A stretch of 64,000 nt of DNA from Dehalococcoidia bacterium (GTDB lineage: Bacteria; Chloroflexota; Dehalococcoidia; Bin125). A model generated the notes under the pieces. It was given only the letters and a program-made list of their open reading frames with translations, was not told where the DNA came from and ran no database searches. Made by a program: the position numbers and the translations under genes. Positions within the stretch are counted from its first letter, which is position 1. The number at the start of each line of letters is the position of its first letter. Of the stretch, positions 29,409-39,611 are shown in pieces. Where the stretch lies: contig CAXXRD010000001.1 of the NCBI GenBank assembly GCA_963663895.2, positions 256,001 to 320,000 on the forward strand, read 5' to 3'.

Positions 29409-30842
29409 ATGCCCCTCAAGACGCGCCAAGAGTACGTCGCTTCATTACGGGACGGTCGCGAGGTCTGGTTCCGCGGCGCGCGCGTCGACGACGTCACCAC
29501 CCATCCCGTCATGCGCATCGCCACCGACCACGCCGCCATTGATTACCGCATGGCCGAGGATCCCGCCTACCGCGACCTCGCCATCATCCACGAGGACGGC
29601 CGCGAGTTCAGCCGCTTCTACAAGATCCCTCGTGATGCCGATGATCTGCTCAAGCGATCGCAGCTCATCGAAGCCGGTACCACCGAAGGCGATACGCTCG
29701 TGATCCTGATCAAGGAGATCGGCACCGACGCGATCTTCGCCCTGCTCGCCGTCACCGCCCTCCTGGACGGACCCTATGCCGAGCGCGTGCGCGCTTTTTA
29801 TGAATACTGTCGGGACAACGACCTCGCCGTGGCCGTCGCCCAGACGGACGTCAAGGGCGACCGCCGCAAGCGGCCCAGTGAGCAGGCCGACCCCGACCTC
29901 TACTTGCGCGTGATCGACCGTCGCGACGACGGCGTTGTCGTGCGTGGCGCCAAGGTGCACACCTCCGCCTCCACGCAAGCGCACGAGATCGTCGTTCTCC
30001 CTACCCGCGCCATGGGTGCAGGCGAGGAGGATTGGTCCATCGCCTTCGCGCTCCCCGTCAACACGCCCGGTCTCCGGCTGATCGCCAGTCCCTACGGCGA
30101 CGGCGACCACCGGCCCGGCGAGCGTCCCGTCGCCTCCCGCCACAAAATGATGGAAACCATCACCATCTTCGACGATGTCTTCATCCCCAACGATCGCATC
30201 TTCCTCAACGGCGAGCGTGAAGCCGCCGGCCAACTCGCTCTCACCTTCGTCGAGTACCATCGCTTCACGGCCGTCTCCTACAAGCTCCCCCTCCTGGATG
30301 CGCTCAACGGTGCCGCCGCCCTCATCGCCGACGCCAACGGCATCGTGGGTGCCGGGCACGTCCGCGACAAGTTCGTCGCGTTGATCTCCTACGCCGAGAC
30401 GGTCCGCGGCCTCACCCAGCTCGCCGCGCAGCGCTGCATCCCCAAACCCAACAACCAAGTCGCCCCGGATCCGATGACCGTCAACCTCGCCAAGAGTCAC
30501 TTTGCTCACGGCTACCACGAAGCCGTGCAACACGTGCAAGAGCTCGCCGGCGGCCTGCTCGTCACCGGTCCCGGCGATGAAGACTGGGCCAGCGAGGAAC
30601 TCCGTCCCTTCCTCAGCAAATACCTCGCCGGCCGCGAGGGCATCGGTGGCGAGCAGCGTCTCCGCATGATGAACTTCATCCGCGATCTCACCTCCTCCGA
30701 CTACGGCGCCTACCAGGAGGTCTTGGCCATTCACGCGGAAGGCTCCTTGGAAGCCGAAAAGCTCCAGATCTTCCGCGCCTATCAGGAGAACGGCACAGCC
30801 AAGCGCGTGATCGACCTCGCCAACCGCATGGCAGGCGTCTAG
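29409..30842 (+). CDS. 4-hydroxyphenylacetate 3-hydroxylase / 4-hydroxybutyryl-CoA dehydratase family flavoprotein
   Basis: Y..SLRDGREV, AQTDVKGDR, VVRGAKVH, FDDVFIP, GG.LVT.P. Confidence 0.88.
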   Translation: MPLKTRQEYVASLRDGREVWFRGARVDDVTTHPVMRIATDHAAIDYRMAEDPAYRDLAIIHEDGREFSRFYKIPRDADDLLKRSQLIEAGTTEGDTLVILIKEIGTDAIFALLAVTALLDGPYAERVRAFYEYCRDNDLAVAVAQTDVKGDRRKRPSEQADPDLYLRVIDRRDDGVVVRGAKVHTSASTQAHEIVVLPTRAMGAGEEDWSIAFALPVNTPGLRLIASPYGDGDHRPGERPVASRHKMMETITIFDDVFIPNDRIFLNGEREAAGQLALTFVEYHRFTAVSYKLPLLDALNGAAALIADANGIVGAGHVRDKFVALISYAETVRGLTQLAAQRCIPKPNNQVAPDPMTVNLAKSHFAHGYHEAVQHVQELAGGLLVTGPGDEDWASEELRPFLSKYLAGREGIGGEQRLRMMNFIRDLTSSDYGAYQEVLAIHAEGSLEAEKLQIFRAYQENGTAKRVIDLANRMAGV

Positions 30843-31030
30843 CCTCATATCCCCGCGCATCCGAGGAGCACCAACTCGCCGACCGCAGTGAAGCGATCCC
30901 GCTACACCCAAGATCGAATCGGACCGAGATCGAGCATGGAGCGACGGCAGGATCAGACATGCCAGGCGCCCCCTCGCGCCATACTTGGCAGCGGCGCCCA
31001 TACCGCTAGACTCTAGGGCGCCGCGCGACG

Positions 31031-31726
31031 ATGCGCGGCGACCACCCAAGACCGTCTGCTCGACAAGGAATGCCCGTGCCCGACCTCTCGATCAGCGACC
31101 AAATCATCCTCCTCGCGCTCGGCGAAAACGGCGTGCTTCACCGCCCCAGCGATAGGCAGCTCGATTACGCCATCGCCGGGACCACACTCATCGACCTCGC
31201 CTTCCAAGACCGCATCGACACCGACTTGCAGCGCCTCTTCGTCATCGATCAGTCGCCAACCGGTGATCCGCTACTCGACACGGTGCTCAAAAACATCAGC
31301 GCTGGTCCGCCCGATCAGCCAACGTCGTACTGGATCTCGGAAATTGCCGGCTACGCGCCCGGCCTGCGCCAGCAATTGATCAATGACCTTCTCGCGCGCA
31401 ATCTGATCCGCAAGGATCGAGGCCGTCGGCTGCTGGTATTCAAATCGGAGCGCTATCCGCCGGTCGATCCGATGACCACACGCAATCTGCACCGCCGCCT
31501 GATAGACGTGCTGCTGAGTAGCGAAATCCCCGCGCCCGAGGAAGTCGCATTGGTGAGTCTCGCCAGCGCCTGTTCCCTCCTAGAGCTGCTGCTGCCAAGC
31601 GACAGCCTCAAGCGCATCGAGCCACGTATCGAGCAACTCGCCAAGATGGACCTCATCAGCCGCAACGTGAATCGCACCCTGGCCGAAATCCAGGCTGCCT
31701 ATGTGGTCGCCGCGCCATGGCTCTAA
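31031..31726 (+). CDS. GPP34 (GOLPH3/Vps74-like) family protein
   Basis: ILLAL, LIDLA...RID, PTGDPLLD, RYP; start may be 31070 or 31076. Confidence 0.8.
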   Translation: MRGDHPRPSARQGMPVPDLSISDQIILLALGENGVLHRPSDRQLDYAIAGTTLIDLAFQDRIDTDLQRLFVIDQSPTGDPLLDTVLKNISAGPPDQPTSYWISEIAGYAPGLRQQLINDLLARNLIRKDRGRRLLVFKSERYPPVDPMTTRNLHRRLIDVLLSSEIPAPEEVALVSLASACSLLELLLPSDSLKRIEPRIEQLAKMDLISRNVNRTLAEIQAAYVVAAPWL

Positions 31727-31798
31727 CCCGTCCCGCGGACGCCCCGAGAGAAGCCAGCACGATCCCCGGTGGCGCACCGGCTTAAACAGTACAGGCGC

Positions 31799-32455
31799 AT
31801 GTCCGTACTACCGCTCTTCCCGCTCGATCAGGTCGTCTTCCCCGGACAAAGGCAAGCGCTCTATATCTTCGAGCCGCGCTACCGTCAGCTCGTCCAGGAA
31901 ACCAGGGAGAATGGCACACCCTTCGGCATCGCTCTCATCCGCGAAGGGCAGGAGGTTGGAGGCACCGCCACCACACACGACATCGGCTGTGCCGTGCAAT
32001 TGCGGCACATTGAAGGACTCCCGGACGGGCGTTACAACATCATTTGCCAAGGCGTCCAGCGTTTCCGCGTCCTGGAGCCGCTCAGCGCGGACCCCTACCT
32101 CCGCGCCGAAGTAGAGTTCCTGCCGGAGCCCCAAGACGCCAACGACGAACCCGTCGCTGGCCTCTCTCCCGCCGTGGCCGCGCAGTTCCGGCGATACTCC
32201 GCCCTGGCCCTAGCCCTCCAGGACAGCTGGCAGCGCGAGGTACCCCACCCCATCCGTCCCGTCTTCCTCGCCGACTACATCGCCGCCCGCCTCGACGTCT
32301 CCACACAGGTGAAGCAAGAAGTCCTGGGAGAGCCCACAGCGTTCCGGCGCCTCGAATTTCTCTTGCGCGTGCTGCAGAAGGAGAATCAATCGCTCGCGCA
32401 GCGCCTGCTGCTCCACCGTCGCCACAAGCTGCACGGCCTCGGCGCAGGCAACTAG
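31799..32455 (+). CDS. LON substrate-binding-domain protein
   Basis: LPLFPL..V.FPG..LYIFEPRY, FGI.LI.EG.EVGG, LPDGRY. Confidence 0.9.
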   Translation: MSVLPLFPLDQVVFPGQRQALYIFEPRYRQLVQETRENGTPFGIALIREGQEVGGTATTHDIGCAVQLRHIEGLPDGRYNIICQGVQRFRVLEPLSADPYLRAEVEFLPEPQDANDEPVAGLSPAVAAQFRRYSALALALQDSWQREVPHPIRPVFLADYIAARLDVSTQVKQEVLGEPTAFRRLEFLLRVLQKENQSLAQRLLLHRRHKLHGLGAGN

Positions 32456-32477
32456 CACACTCGCACCCTCCCCTGCG

Positions 32478-33290
32478 ATGCGCGCCATCAACGACGCAAG
32501 CGGCTGGTGGGGACCGCCCGGTCGCGCTCCCTCCCCACTTTCCATCACCGCCCTCATGGAGGCGAAGACCCTTTCACCGGAACTCACCGCCCTGCTATGG
32601 ACCATGCTCGAAGGCGGCGCCTCTCTCATTGTGGCCGCAGGGCCCCAGAGCGCCGGCAAAACCACGCTCCTCACCGCACTCCTCTCCCTCCTCCCGCCCG
32701 CGACTACCGCCTACTACACCCAAGGCTTCGGCGAATCCTTCGCCGACCTCCCATCCCGCCAGGCCGGCGATCCGCCCACCTTCATCCTCATCAACGAGAT
32801 CAGCGATCACCTCTCCACCTATCTCTGGGGGCCACCTGTTCAGCGCGCCTTCTCCCTCCTCCGGGAAGGCTATGCCTTGGCCGGAACCATGCACGCCAAC
32901 CACGCCGAGGAATGTCTCTGGCAGCTCCACTACGGCTGCGGCGTTCCCGCGGACGATCTCGCGCGCTGCGACCTCATCCTCACCATGACCGCGGAGCCGG
33001 GCCGCCGCCGCGTGGCGCAGCTCTTCGCCCTCGCACCGGGCGCGCCCATCGTGCCGCTAGCCTGGTGGGACCGCAGCCACGACGCCTACGTCGTCCTCGA
33101 AAGCGAGGATGCCCGCCGTCGCGCCGCCGCCGTGATCGAGGCCACTCCTCACGCGCTTGCCGCCGAGATCCAGCGCCGCGCCACCTGGCTCATAGCGCTC
33201 ACCGTCACGGGCGCTAACAGCCCGGACGACATCGCAGTCGCGATCGACGCCTTCCACTCCGCGACCGAAGACAGAGCCGAGAGACAGTAA
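32478..33290 (+). CDS. Short VirB11/CpaF-like P-loop ATPase
   Basis: AGPQSAGKTTLL, LINEIS, GTMHA. Confidence 0.75.
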   Translation: MRAINDASGWWGPPGRAPSPLSITALMEAKTLSPELTALLWTMLEGGASLIVAAGPQSAGKTTLLTALLSLLPPATTAYYTQGFGESFADLPSRQAGDPPTFILINEISDHLSTYLWGPPVQRAFSLLREGYALAGTMHANHAEECLWQLHYGCGVPADDLARCDLILTMTAEPGRRRVAQLFALAPGAPIVPLAWWDRSHDAYVVLESEDARRRAAAVIEATPHALAAEIQRRATWLIALTVTGANSPDDIAVAIDAFHSATEDRAERQ

Positions 33291-33363
33291 AACCCCGCAA
33301 AGGACACCCGCAGCCCGCTGCCGTCCCCACTACCTCCCGCAGCAACTCCCGATCCAGGTTGCC

Positions 33364-34059
33364 TTAAGCACCGAGCGCCTTGACTGCCGCCTCAAGGTTC
33401 GACAAGTCCGGTAACGTGACGTCCGGCCTCGCCGCCTCCAGCTCCTCTCGGGTCGCGAAACCGGTCGCAACCGCTACCGCCCGCGCCTCGATCGCGCGGG
33501 CTGCTCGAACATCGTGCGGCGTGTCCCCGATCACCACCACGGCAGCGTCCGGCGCACGTGGCCGCAAGCGCGAAACCCCAATCGCCAATAGCTCCGCCCT
33601 CTCCTCCGAGTCCTCGCCGAAGCCGCCGTCGCCGAAGTAGCCCTGCAAGCCGAAATGCGCCAGCTTGATAAATCCCGATCGCCGGAAGTTCCCCGTCCCC
33701 AGCCCCAGCACCGCCCCCCGCGCCCCCAACGTGCGCAGGAGCTGACGCACGCCCGGCAAGACGCAACCGTCCGTTTTCGCCAAGACCCCCGGGAGAATCG
33801 AAGCATACGCATCCAGGAGGGCGGCTCGGGTTTCGGTGCGGTCCGGCAGTCCATGCAGCGCCAATGCTCGCCCCACGATCCACGAGTCCGAGCGGCCGCT
33901 CAACTCGATCGAGCGCAGCGCCTCTGGCACGCCGAACATCTGATCAAACGCCAGCGCCAGCGCCCGCACGCCTGCGCCGCCCACCCGAATCAGCGTGCCA
34001 TCGATATCGCACAGAACGATTGGCCCAGGCGCTGGATCGGACGCAGCCTCAGTCGTCAA
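33364..34059 (-). CDS. HAD-family hydrolase
   Basis: DIDGTL, TGN, IGDTPHD. Confidence 0.9.
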   Translation of the reverse strand: MTTEAASDPAPGPIVLCDIDGTLIRVGGAGVRALALAFDQMFGVPEALRSIELSGRSDSWIVGRALALHGLPDRTETRAALLDAYASILPGVLAKTDGCVLPGVRQLLRTLGARGAVLGLGTGNFRRSGFIKLAHFGLQGYFGDGGFGEDSEERAELLAIGVSRLRPRAPDAAVVVIGDTPHDVRAARAIEARAVAVATGFATREELEAARPDVTLPDLSNLEAAVKALGA

Positions 34060-34639
34060 GATCGACGTCCGCGAAGCCGCCGCGCACCCGCAGGCGCAGA
34101 CCCTTCGCCTCCTCGGGCACGTCGAACACCAACACCAAATCCACGGTCAACCCCGGCTGAAGCTCCACCGTCAGCCCGTCCTCCCGCGCGGGGTCCCGTA
34201 GCGCAGCGGTCGCACTCGCCTCCGGCACGGGCGAATAACTGCGACCCAGCTCGTCAAGCAGCTGTACTCGTTCGCGCAGCGTGATCGGATCCATTCCTGT
34301 GTTGCGCGCCGTCAACGCAATCACTACGAAGCGCCCCTGCGCGTCAACACCGTCGCGGTTCTCCCCCACCTGACTGCCAAAGCGGCGCTCGGTAACCAAA
34401 AGTCGCAGGTCTCCCACTTGGAACGCCTCCGCCAGCGCCACTACGGCGCCGGCAAACTCCACCCGCCCACCCATGGCGTCGCCGACTTCGGACGCTCCCT
34501 CCGAGGAGAGGGCGAGCGGATCCTCGTCATCACCCGACTCGAATTGGCCCGTCGCGAACAAGAACACCACCACCGCCACCACCACCGCGCCAACGAACAA
34601 CGCGAACACCTGTGTGCTGCGTAAGACCTGCCAGTTCAC
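34049..34639 (-). CDS. DUF4352-like membrane-anchored protein
   Basis: N-terminal TM; FVVI.L...N; L.D..GR.Y; LQPG...LVFDVP. Confidence 0.75.
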   Translation of the reverse strand: MNWQVLRSTQVFALFVGAVVVAVVVFLFATGQFESGDDEDPLALSSEGASEVGDAMGGRVEFAGAVVALAEAFQVGDLRLLVTERRFGSQVGENRDGVDAQGRFVVIALTARNTGMDPITLRERVQLLDELGRSYSPVPEASATAALRDPAREDGLTVELQPGLTVDLVLVFDVPEEAKGLRLRVRGGFADVDLDD

Positions 34640-34732
34640 TCGATCACCACCGGATCCAGCCCCCTGATCTGCAAAAATCCTCGAATCAAGTCCGGCCGGC
34701 CGCCTGCCTCATCAAACGCAAGCACCCGGCTA

Positions 34733-34920
34733 CTCCCCTGCCGCTGCGGCGCACGACTCCGTGCATAGACCATAGCGGGCTATCCCCAGCGCGGCGACGA
34801 GCGTCGTCCGGCCGTCGCACGCCGGTGGAGTCAGCCGATCTTCTCTCAAGATCAGTCAAGATCAACAGACCGGGCGACCGCCGATCGGATCCCCGGCCAC
34901 ATGGGCCACCGCACCGGGAA
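34733..34920 (-). ncRNA. Candidate 6S RNA
   Basis: ~188-nt intergenic element; ends pair (TTCCC/GGGGA, TGCGGTG/CGCCGCA); long apical stem; AU-rich TCTTGACTGA segment; CGGCA.GGG 3' end. Confidence 0.5.
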
Positions 34921-34961
34921 AAGCACACCCTTCCGCTTTCACTGGCAGCGGGTGAGGGCGC

Positions 34962-35309
34962 CTACTTCTCCGTTGGCAGCCCGGCTTCGATCCAAGCGTC
35001 CGTCCCACCTTCGATATTGTACAGCTTGGTAAACCCAGCCGCCGCCGCGAACTCCGCCGCCACAGCGCTGCGCTGACCCTTCTTACAGATGAACATCACC
35101 GGCGCCTCTTTGCTGCCCGCCACTTGCTCTACTTCAGCCGCGCGCGAGAACACGTGCTTGTGCGGAATCAGCGGGGCACCGACCACGTGCCCCTCCGCGT
35201 ACTCATCCGCCTCGCGCACGTCGATCACCGGCACGCCCGCGATCTGCAACTCGCGTGCCTCTTGTACCGTGATCCGCTCGAACGGCTCCGCCAGCTCTTC
35301 ACTCATCAT
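34962..35309 (-). CDS. Rhodanese-like sulfurtransferase
   Basis: IDVRE..EY..GH..GA, ICKKGQRS, EGGT.AW...GLP. Confidence 0.9.
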   Translation of the reverse strand: MMSEELAEPFERITVQEARELQIAGVPVIDVREADEYAEGHVVGAPLIPHKHVFSRAAEVEQVAGSKEAPVMFICKKGQRSAVAAEFAAAAGFTKLYNIEGGTDAWIEAGLPTEK

Positions 35310-35501
35310 CGTCACCTTCGTCAGCCAGGCCACACCGGCCCTCGCGCCCATACTTCTCCGCAGTGTATCCCAGCCACCAGCACGACCGCCTGCTCCATGC
35401 GCAGGTTGACCGCCTCTCTGCAGCTCAATTAGCCTCCCGCCGCCGTAGCGACCACGCCGCGCGGATGCAGCTAGGCGACGCGCCGCCCGCGGGGGGCGAC
35501 C

Positions 35502-37265
35502 ATGGACTACCAGCCGATCGTCAAGCCACCGCTCGATCAATTCTCCGTCTCCCCCAACCTCAATGACTGGAAAGCGCGTCGCGCTGCACACAGCTGGGAT
35601 GCCGTCCGTGCCGAGCTAGACGGTCTCCCGAACGGCGGCGGCCTCAACCTCGCCCACGAAGCGATCGACCGCCACGCCAACAACACTCCCGACAAGGTGG
35701 CGATGCGTTGGGTCACGGCCGCAGGTGAGGGCGAAGACTATACCTACGCGGATATGAAGCGTCTCTCCAACAGGTTCGCCAACGCTCTCCGCGATCTCGG
35801 CATCCAGAAAACCGACCGGGTCTTCGTATTCATGGATCGCACCCCAGAGCTCTATGCCGCCGTCTTCGGCACCCTCAAGAACCTCAGCATCATCGGACCG
35901 CTCTTCTCCGCCTTCGGACCGGAGCCCGTCCGCGATCGCCTCCAGCACAGCCACGCCCGTGTCCTCGTCACCACTCCCGCCCTCTACAAGAAAGTCGAGC
36001 AGATCCGCGCCGACCTCCCCCACCTCGAGCACGTCCTCCTCACCGACCATGGCGCCACGGTCCCCGAGATCCCCGGCACCCAGCCCCTCGACGCCCTTCT
36101 CAACGCCGCCTCCGAAGAGTTCGAGATCCCACCGACCGCCGCCGAGGACTGGTCCGTCATGCATTACACCAGTGGGACCACCGGCAAACCGAAAGGCGCC
36201 GCCCACGTGCACAGCGCCGTCCTCGGGCACTACCTCACGGGTAAATACGCTCTCGACCTCCACCCCGAGGACCTCTACTGGTGCACCGCCGATCCCGGCT
36301 GGGTCACCGGCACCTCCTACGGCATGTTCGCACCATGGACCAACGGCGTGACCAACATCATCTACGCCGGCGGCTTCGGCGCGCGCGGCTGGTATCGCGT
36401 TCTGCAAGACCAGCAAGTCACCGTCTGGTACACCGCCCCTACCGCCATTCGCATGCTCATGAAAGCCGGCACTGCCGTCGTCAAGTCCTTCGACACCTCT
36501 GCCCTGCGCTTCATGGCCAGCGTCGGCGAGCCCCTCAACCCCGAAGCCGTGCTCTGGGGGCAAGAAGCGTTCGGCATCCCCTTCCACGACAACTGGTGGC
36601 AGACCGAAACCGGGATGATCATGATCGCCAACTACGCCTCCCAAGACATCCGTCCCGGGTCCATGGGCCGCCCGATGCCCGGCGTCGAGCCGGCCATCAT
36701 CCAACACAACGAGGCCAGCGAAACGTACGAAGCGGTCGTCGAGCCCGGCGTCGAAGGCGACCTCGCGGTCCGCCCTGGCTGGCCCTCCATGTTCCGCACT
36801 TATTGGGAAGACCAAGAACGCTACGCCAGCCGCTTCAAAGACGGCTGGTACCTCACCGGCGATCGCGCCCGCCGCGATGCCGACGGCTATTTTTGGTTCG
36901 TTGGCCGCTCGGATGACGTGATCAACACCGCCGGCCACCTCGTCGGCCCCTTCGAAGTCGAGAGCGCCCTCATTGAGCACGAAGCGGTCGCCGAAGCCGG
37001 CGTGATCGGCAAGCCCGACCCCATCGCCATGGAGATCGTCAAAGCGTTCGTCGCCCTCAAAGACGGCTACACGCCCAGCGACAGCCTGCGCAACGAGCTC
37101 ATCGGCTTCGCCCGCCGGAAGCTCGGCCCCGGCGTCGCTCCTCGCGAGATCGACTTTCTGCCCTCACTCCCCAAGACACGCAGCGGCAAGATCATGCGCC
37201 GCCTCCTCAAGGCGCGAGAGCTCGGTCTGCCCGAAGGCGACACCAGCACCCTCGAAGACGACTAG
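35502..37265 (+). CDS. acsA: Acetate--CoA ligase (AMP-forming)
   Basis: YTSGTTGKPKG, WCTADPGWVTG, DNWWQTETG, LPKTRSGKIMRR. Confidence 0.95.
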   Translation: MDYQPIVKPPLDQFSVSPNLNDWKARRAAHSWDAVRAELDGLPNGGGLNLAHEAIDRHANNTPDKVAMRWVTAAGEGEDYTYADMKRLSNRFANALRDLGIQKTDRVFVFMDRTPELYAAVFGTLKNLSIIGPLFSAFGPEPVRDRLQHSHARVLVTTPALYKKVEQIRADLPHLEHVLLTDHGATVPEIPGTQPLDALLNAASEEFEIPPTAAEDWSVMHYTSGTTGKPKGAAHVHSAVLGHYLTGKYALDLHPEDLYWCTADPGWVTGTSYGMFAPWTNGVTNIIYAGGFGARGWYRVLQDQQVTVWYTAPTAIRMLMKAGTAVVKSFDTSALRFMASVGEPLNPEAVLWGQEAFGIPFHDNWWQTETGMIMIANYASQDIRPGSMGRPMPGVEPAIIQHNEASETYEAVVEPGVEGDLAVRPGWPSMFRTYWEDQERYASRFKDGWYLTGDRARRDADGYFWFVGRSDDVINTAGHLVGPFEVESALIEHEAVAEAGVIGKPDPIAMEIVKAFVALKDGYTPSDSLRNELIGFARRKLGPGVAPREIDFLPSLPKTRSGKIMRRLLKARELGLPEGDTSTLEDD

Positions 37266-37273
37266 GTCCTCCC

Positions 37274-37858
37274 ATGCCCCAATACTCCAACGCCGACATC
37301 GCCGCTTTGACTGAAAAAATGGCAACTGAACGCGCCGCGCTCTTCGCCATCGCCGAGAGCCTCACCGAGGGACGGGCCAATGCCGTCCCCCAGAACGCCG
37401 TGGGGGAAGAGCAGTGGACGGCCAAGGAGCAACTCGCGCATCTCCTCGAGTCCGACCGCATGCATGTGAACTTCGCGCGCGCCGCGCTCGAACAAAACGG
37501 CGCCGACATCACCGGCCTGCGGACGGCCATCGGCGAGGGAGTCGCCATCCCCATCGAGGACGCGCCCGGCCATTCGATCCCGGAAATCGTCGCCGCCATG
37601 AAGGAGGAGCGGGCTCGCGCCCTCGCCTTCATCGCCACGCTCTCCCCCTCCGATTTCGAGCGCACAGCGAAGGACAACGAGTTCGGCGAACTCACCGTTA
37701 TGCAGTGGCTCCGCTCCCTGTACCGGCACGACCGCCAGCATGCCGCCCAAATCCAGGACCGCCCGTCCGACTACGAACCACGCTATCTCAGCGGCAAGGA
37801 ACCCGAACAACGCCTCGCACGCATCGCCAAACACAAGGCGCGTCAAGCACCCGCCTAG
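37274..37858 (+). CDS. DinB-family protein
   Basis: WT.KE.LAHL; HDRQH.AQI. Confidence 0.8.
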   Translation: MPQYSNADIAALTEKMATERAALFAIAESLTEGRANAVPQNAVGEEQWTAKEQLAHLLESDRMHVNFARAALEQNGADITGLRTAIGEGVAIPIEDAPGHSIPEIVAAMKEERARALAFIATLSPSDFERTAKDNEFGELTVMQWLRSLYRHDRQHAAQIQDRPSDYEPRYLSGKEPEQRLARIAKHKARQAPA

Positions 37859-37875
37859 TCCGCTCGGCCGCCGTC

Positions 37876-38859
37876 ATGCGAGTCTTCGTCACACGGGACC
37901 TTCCCGGCCGCGGCCTCGACCGCCTCCGCCACGAGCCGGGACTCCACGTCGACCTCTGGCCGGAGGAGTTCCCACCACCGCGCCGCGCCATGCTGCAGCG
38001 CACCGCCAACGCCGCCGGCCTCCTCTGTCTCATCACGGACCGCGTCGACACAGAGCTCTTGGAGCACGCCGGCCCGCAGCTCAAGGTCGTCTCGCAGATG
38101 GCCGTCGGTGTCGACAATATCGACGTCGCCGCCTGCGCCGCGCGCGGGATTCCCGTCGGGAACACACCGGGCGTCCTCACCGAGACCACCGCCGATCTTG
38201 CCTTCGCTCTGCTCCTCGCTGCCGCCCGGCGCCTCGTCGAAGCGGCCTCCTACGTGCGTCTCGGACAGTGGCGCACTTGGTCGCCCACCACGCTGGCCGG
38301 CGCAGACATCCACGGCGCCACCCTCGGCATCATCGGCTTTGGAGCCATCGGCCAAGCCCTCGCCACCCGCGCCACCGGCTTCGGCATGCGCACGCTCTAC
38401 TGGTCGCGCCGGCAGAAGCCCCAGGCGGCAGAGCGCCTCGGGGCCAGCTACCAGGACTTGCCCGCGCTCCTCGCACAATCCGACTTCGTCAGCGTGCACT
38501 GCGCCCTCACAGCGGAAACTCACCACCTCATAGACGCAGACGCTCTCGCCTGCATGCCCGCACACGCCATCCTCATCAACACCGCTCGCGGTCCCCTCGT
38601 CGACGAAGCGGCCCTGATCGAAGCCTTGCGTAACCGGCGGATCGCTGGCGCAGCCCTGGATGTCGTCACGACCGAGCCCATCAAGTCCGATAACCCCCTC
38701 CTCGCCATGCCCAATGTGATCGTCCTCCCGCACATCGGCTCCGCCAGCCTCGCCACCCGCACGAAAATGGCCGATCTGGCGGTCGATAATCTCCTCGCAG
38801 GTCTCCGGGGCCAGCCCCTGCCCCACCAAGTCCCGCCTCCAGAGCCGCGCACGCGTTGA
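37876..38859 (+). CDS. D-glycerate dehydrogenase / glyoxylate reductase
   Basis: AVGVDNID, NTPGVLTETTAD, GFGAIG, INTARG, PHIGSA. Confidence 0.92.
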   Translation: MRVFVTRDLPGRGLDRLRHEPGLHVDLWPEEFPPPRRAMLQRTANAAGLLCLITDRVDTELLEHAGPQLKVVSQMAVGVDNIDVAACAARGIPVGNTPGVLTETTADLAFALLLAAARRLVEAASYVRLGQWRTWSPTTLAGADIHGATLGIIGFGAIGQALATRATGFGMRTLYWSRRQKPQAAERLGASYQDLPALLAQSDFVSVHCALTAETHHLIDADALACMPAHAILINTARGPLVDEAALIEALRNRRIAGAALDVVTTEPIKSDNPLLAMPNVIVLPHIGSASLATRTKMADLAVDNLLAGLRGQPLPHQVPPPEPRTR

Positions 38860-38942
38860 CGCTGTTTTCAGCCTCCGCCTAGGATGCGGCCAGCACCAAA
38901 ACACCGAGTTCGCGACCCCGTCGACGGGCCCTTCGGCAGCGG

Positions 38943-39590
38943 ATGCGCGCCAGTAGTAGCGACCCCGGCAACCTATGGCTCGCCCGCATCCTTTGGGATT
39001 CGGGCGCGGTCGAGTTTGGGAAGTTCAACGTCGGCTCCACCACCGACTCCCCGATCTGGGTCAACGTCAGACGCATCGTCAGCAACCCGCGTGCCCTGCG
39101 CGCGGTCGGTCAGCTCATCCGCGAGCACACCCGCACCCTCAGCGGCATGTTGCGCCCCGCCATGGCCCCCTTCGAACTCGTCGCCGGCGTTCCTATCGGC
39201 GGCCTCCACATCGCGACCGCTTACGCCCTCGTCGCCGACCTCCCGCTCATCTACCCCCACCCGCGCGCCGGCACAGAGCACTACGAAGAGATCGAGGGAT
39301 CATACTTCCCCGGCCAGACCGCGCTCATCGTGGACGACCTCATCACCGGCGGCACCAGCATGCTCGCCACCGCCGAGACCCTCCGCTCCGCCGGCCTCAT
39401 GGTCCACGACGCCGTCGCCCTCCTCGACCGTCAAGCGGGGGGCCAGCAGCGCTTGCAGGCCGTCGGCATCCAGCTGCACGCCCTGCTCACCCTCGAAATG
39501 CTGCTCAACTACCTCGAATCATCCAACCGCATCACCGAGGCGCAGTACGCCCGCTGCATGGCCTACATCCAGCGCACCAACGAGTACTGA
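38943..39590 (+). CDS. Orotate-phosphoribosyltransferase-like protein (divergent)
   Basis: PRPP loop IVDDLITGGTS, LLDRQ.GG; usual catalytic Lys residues absent. Confidence 0.75.
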   Translation: MRASSSDPGNLWLARILWDSGAVEFGKFNVGSTTDSPIWVNVRRIVSNPRALRAVGQLIREHTRTLSGMLRPAMAPFELVAGVPIGGLHIATAYALVADLPLIYPHPRAGTEHYEEIEGSYFPGQTALIVDDLITGGTSMLATAETLRSAGLMVHDAVALLDRQAGGQQRLQAVGIQLHALLTLEMLLNYLESSNRITEAQYARCMAYIQRTNEY

Positions 39591-39611
39591 GGGGTCGAGA
39601 AAGCCGCGCGT

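Noticed and set aside
34680-34742. yybP-ykoY riboswitch (AGGGGAGTAGC on the minus strand)
   Set aside because: The other conserved loop motifs are not evident and the downstream gene is not a Mn transporter; the G-run is better explained as the 3' strand of the 6S-like stem.
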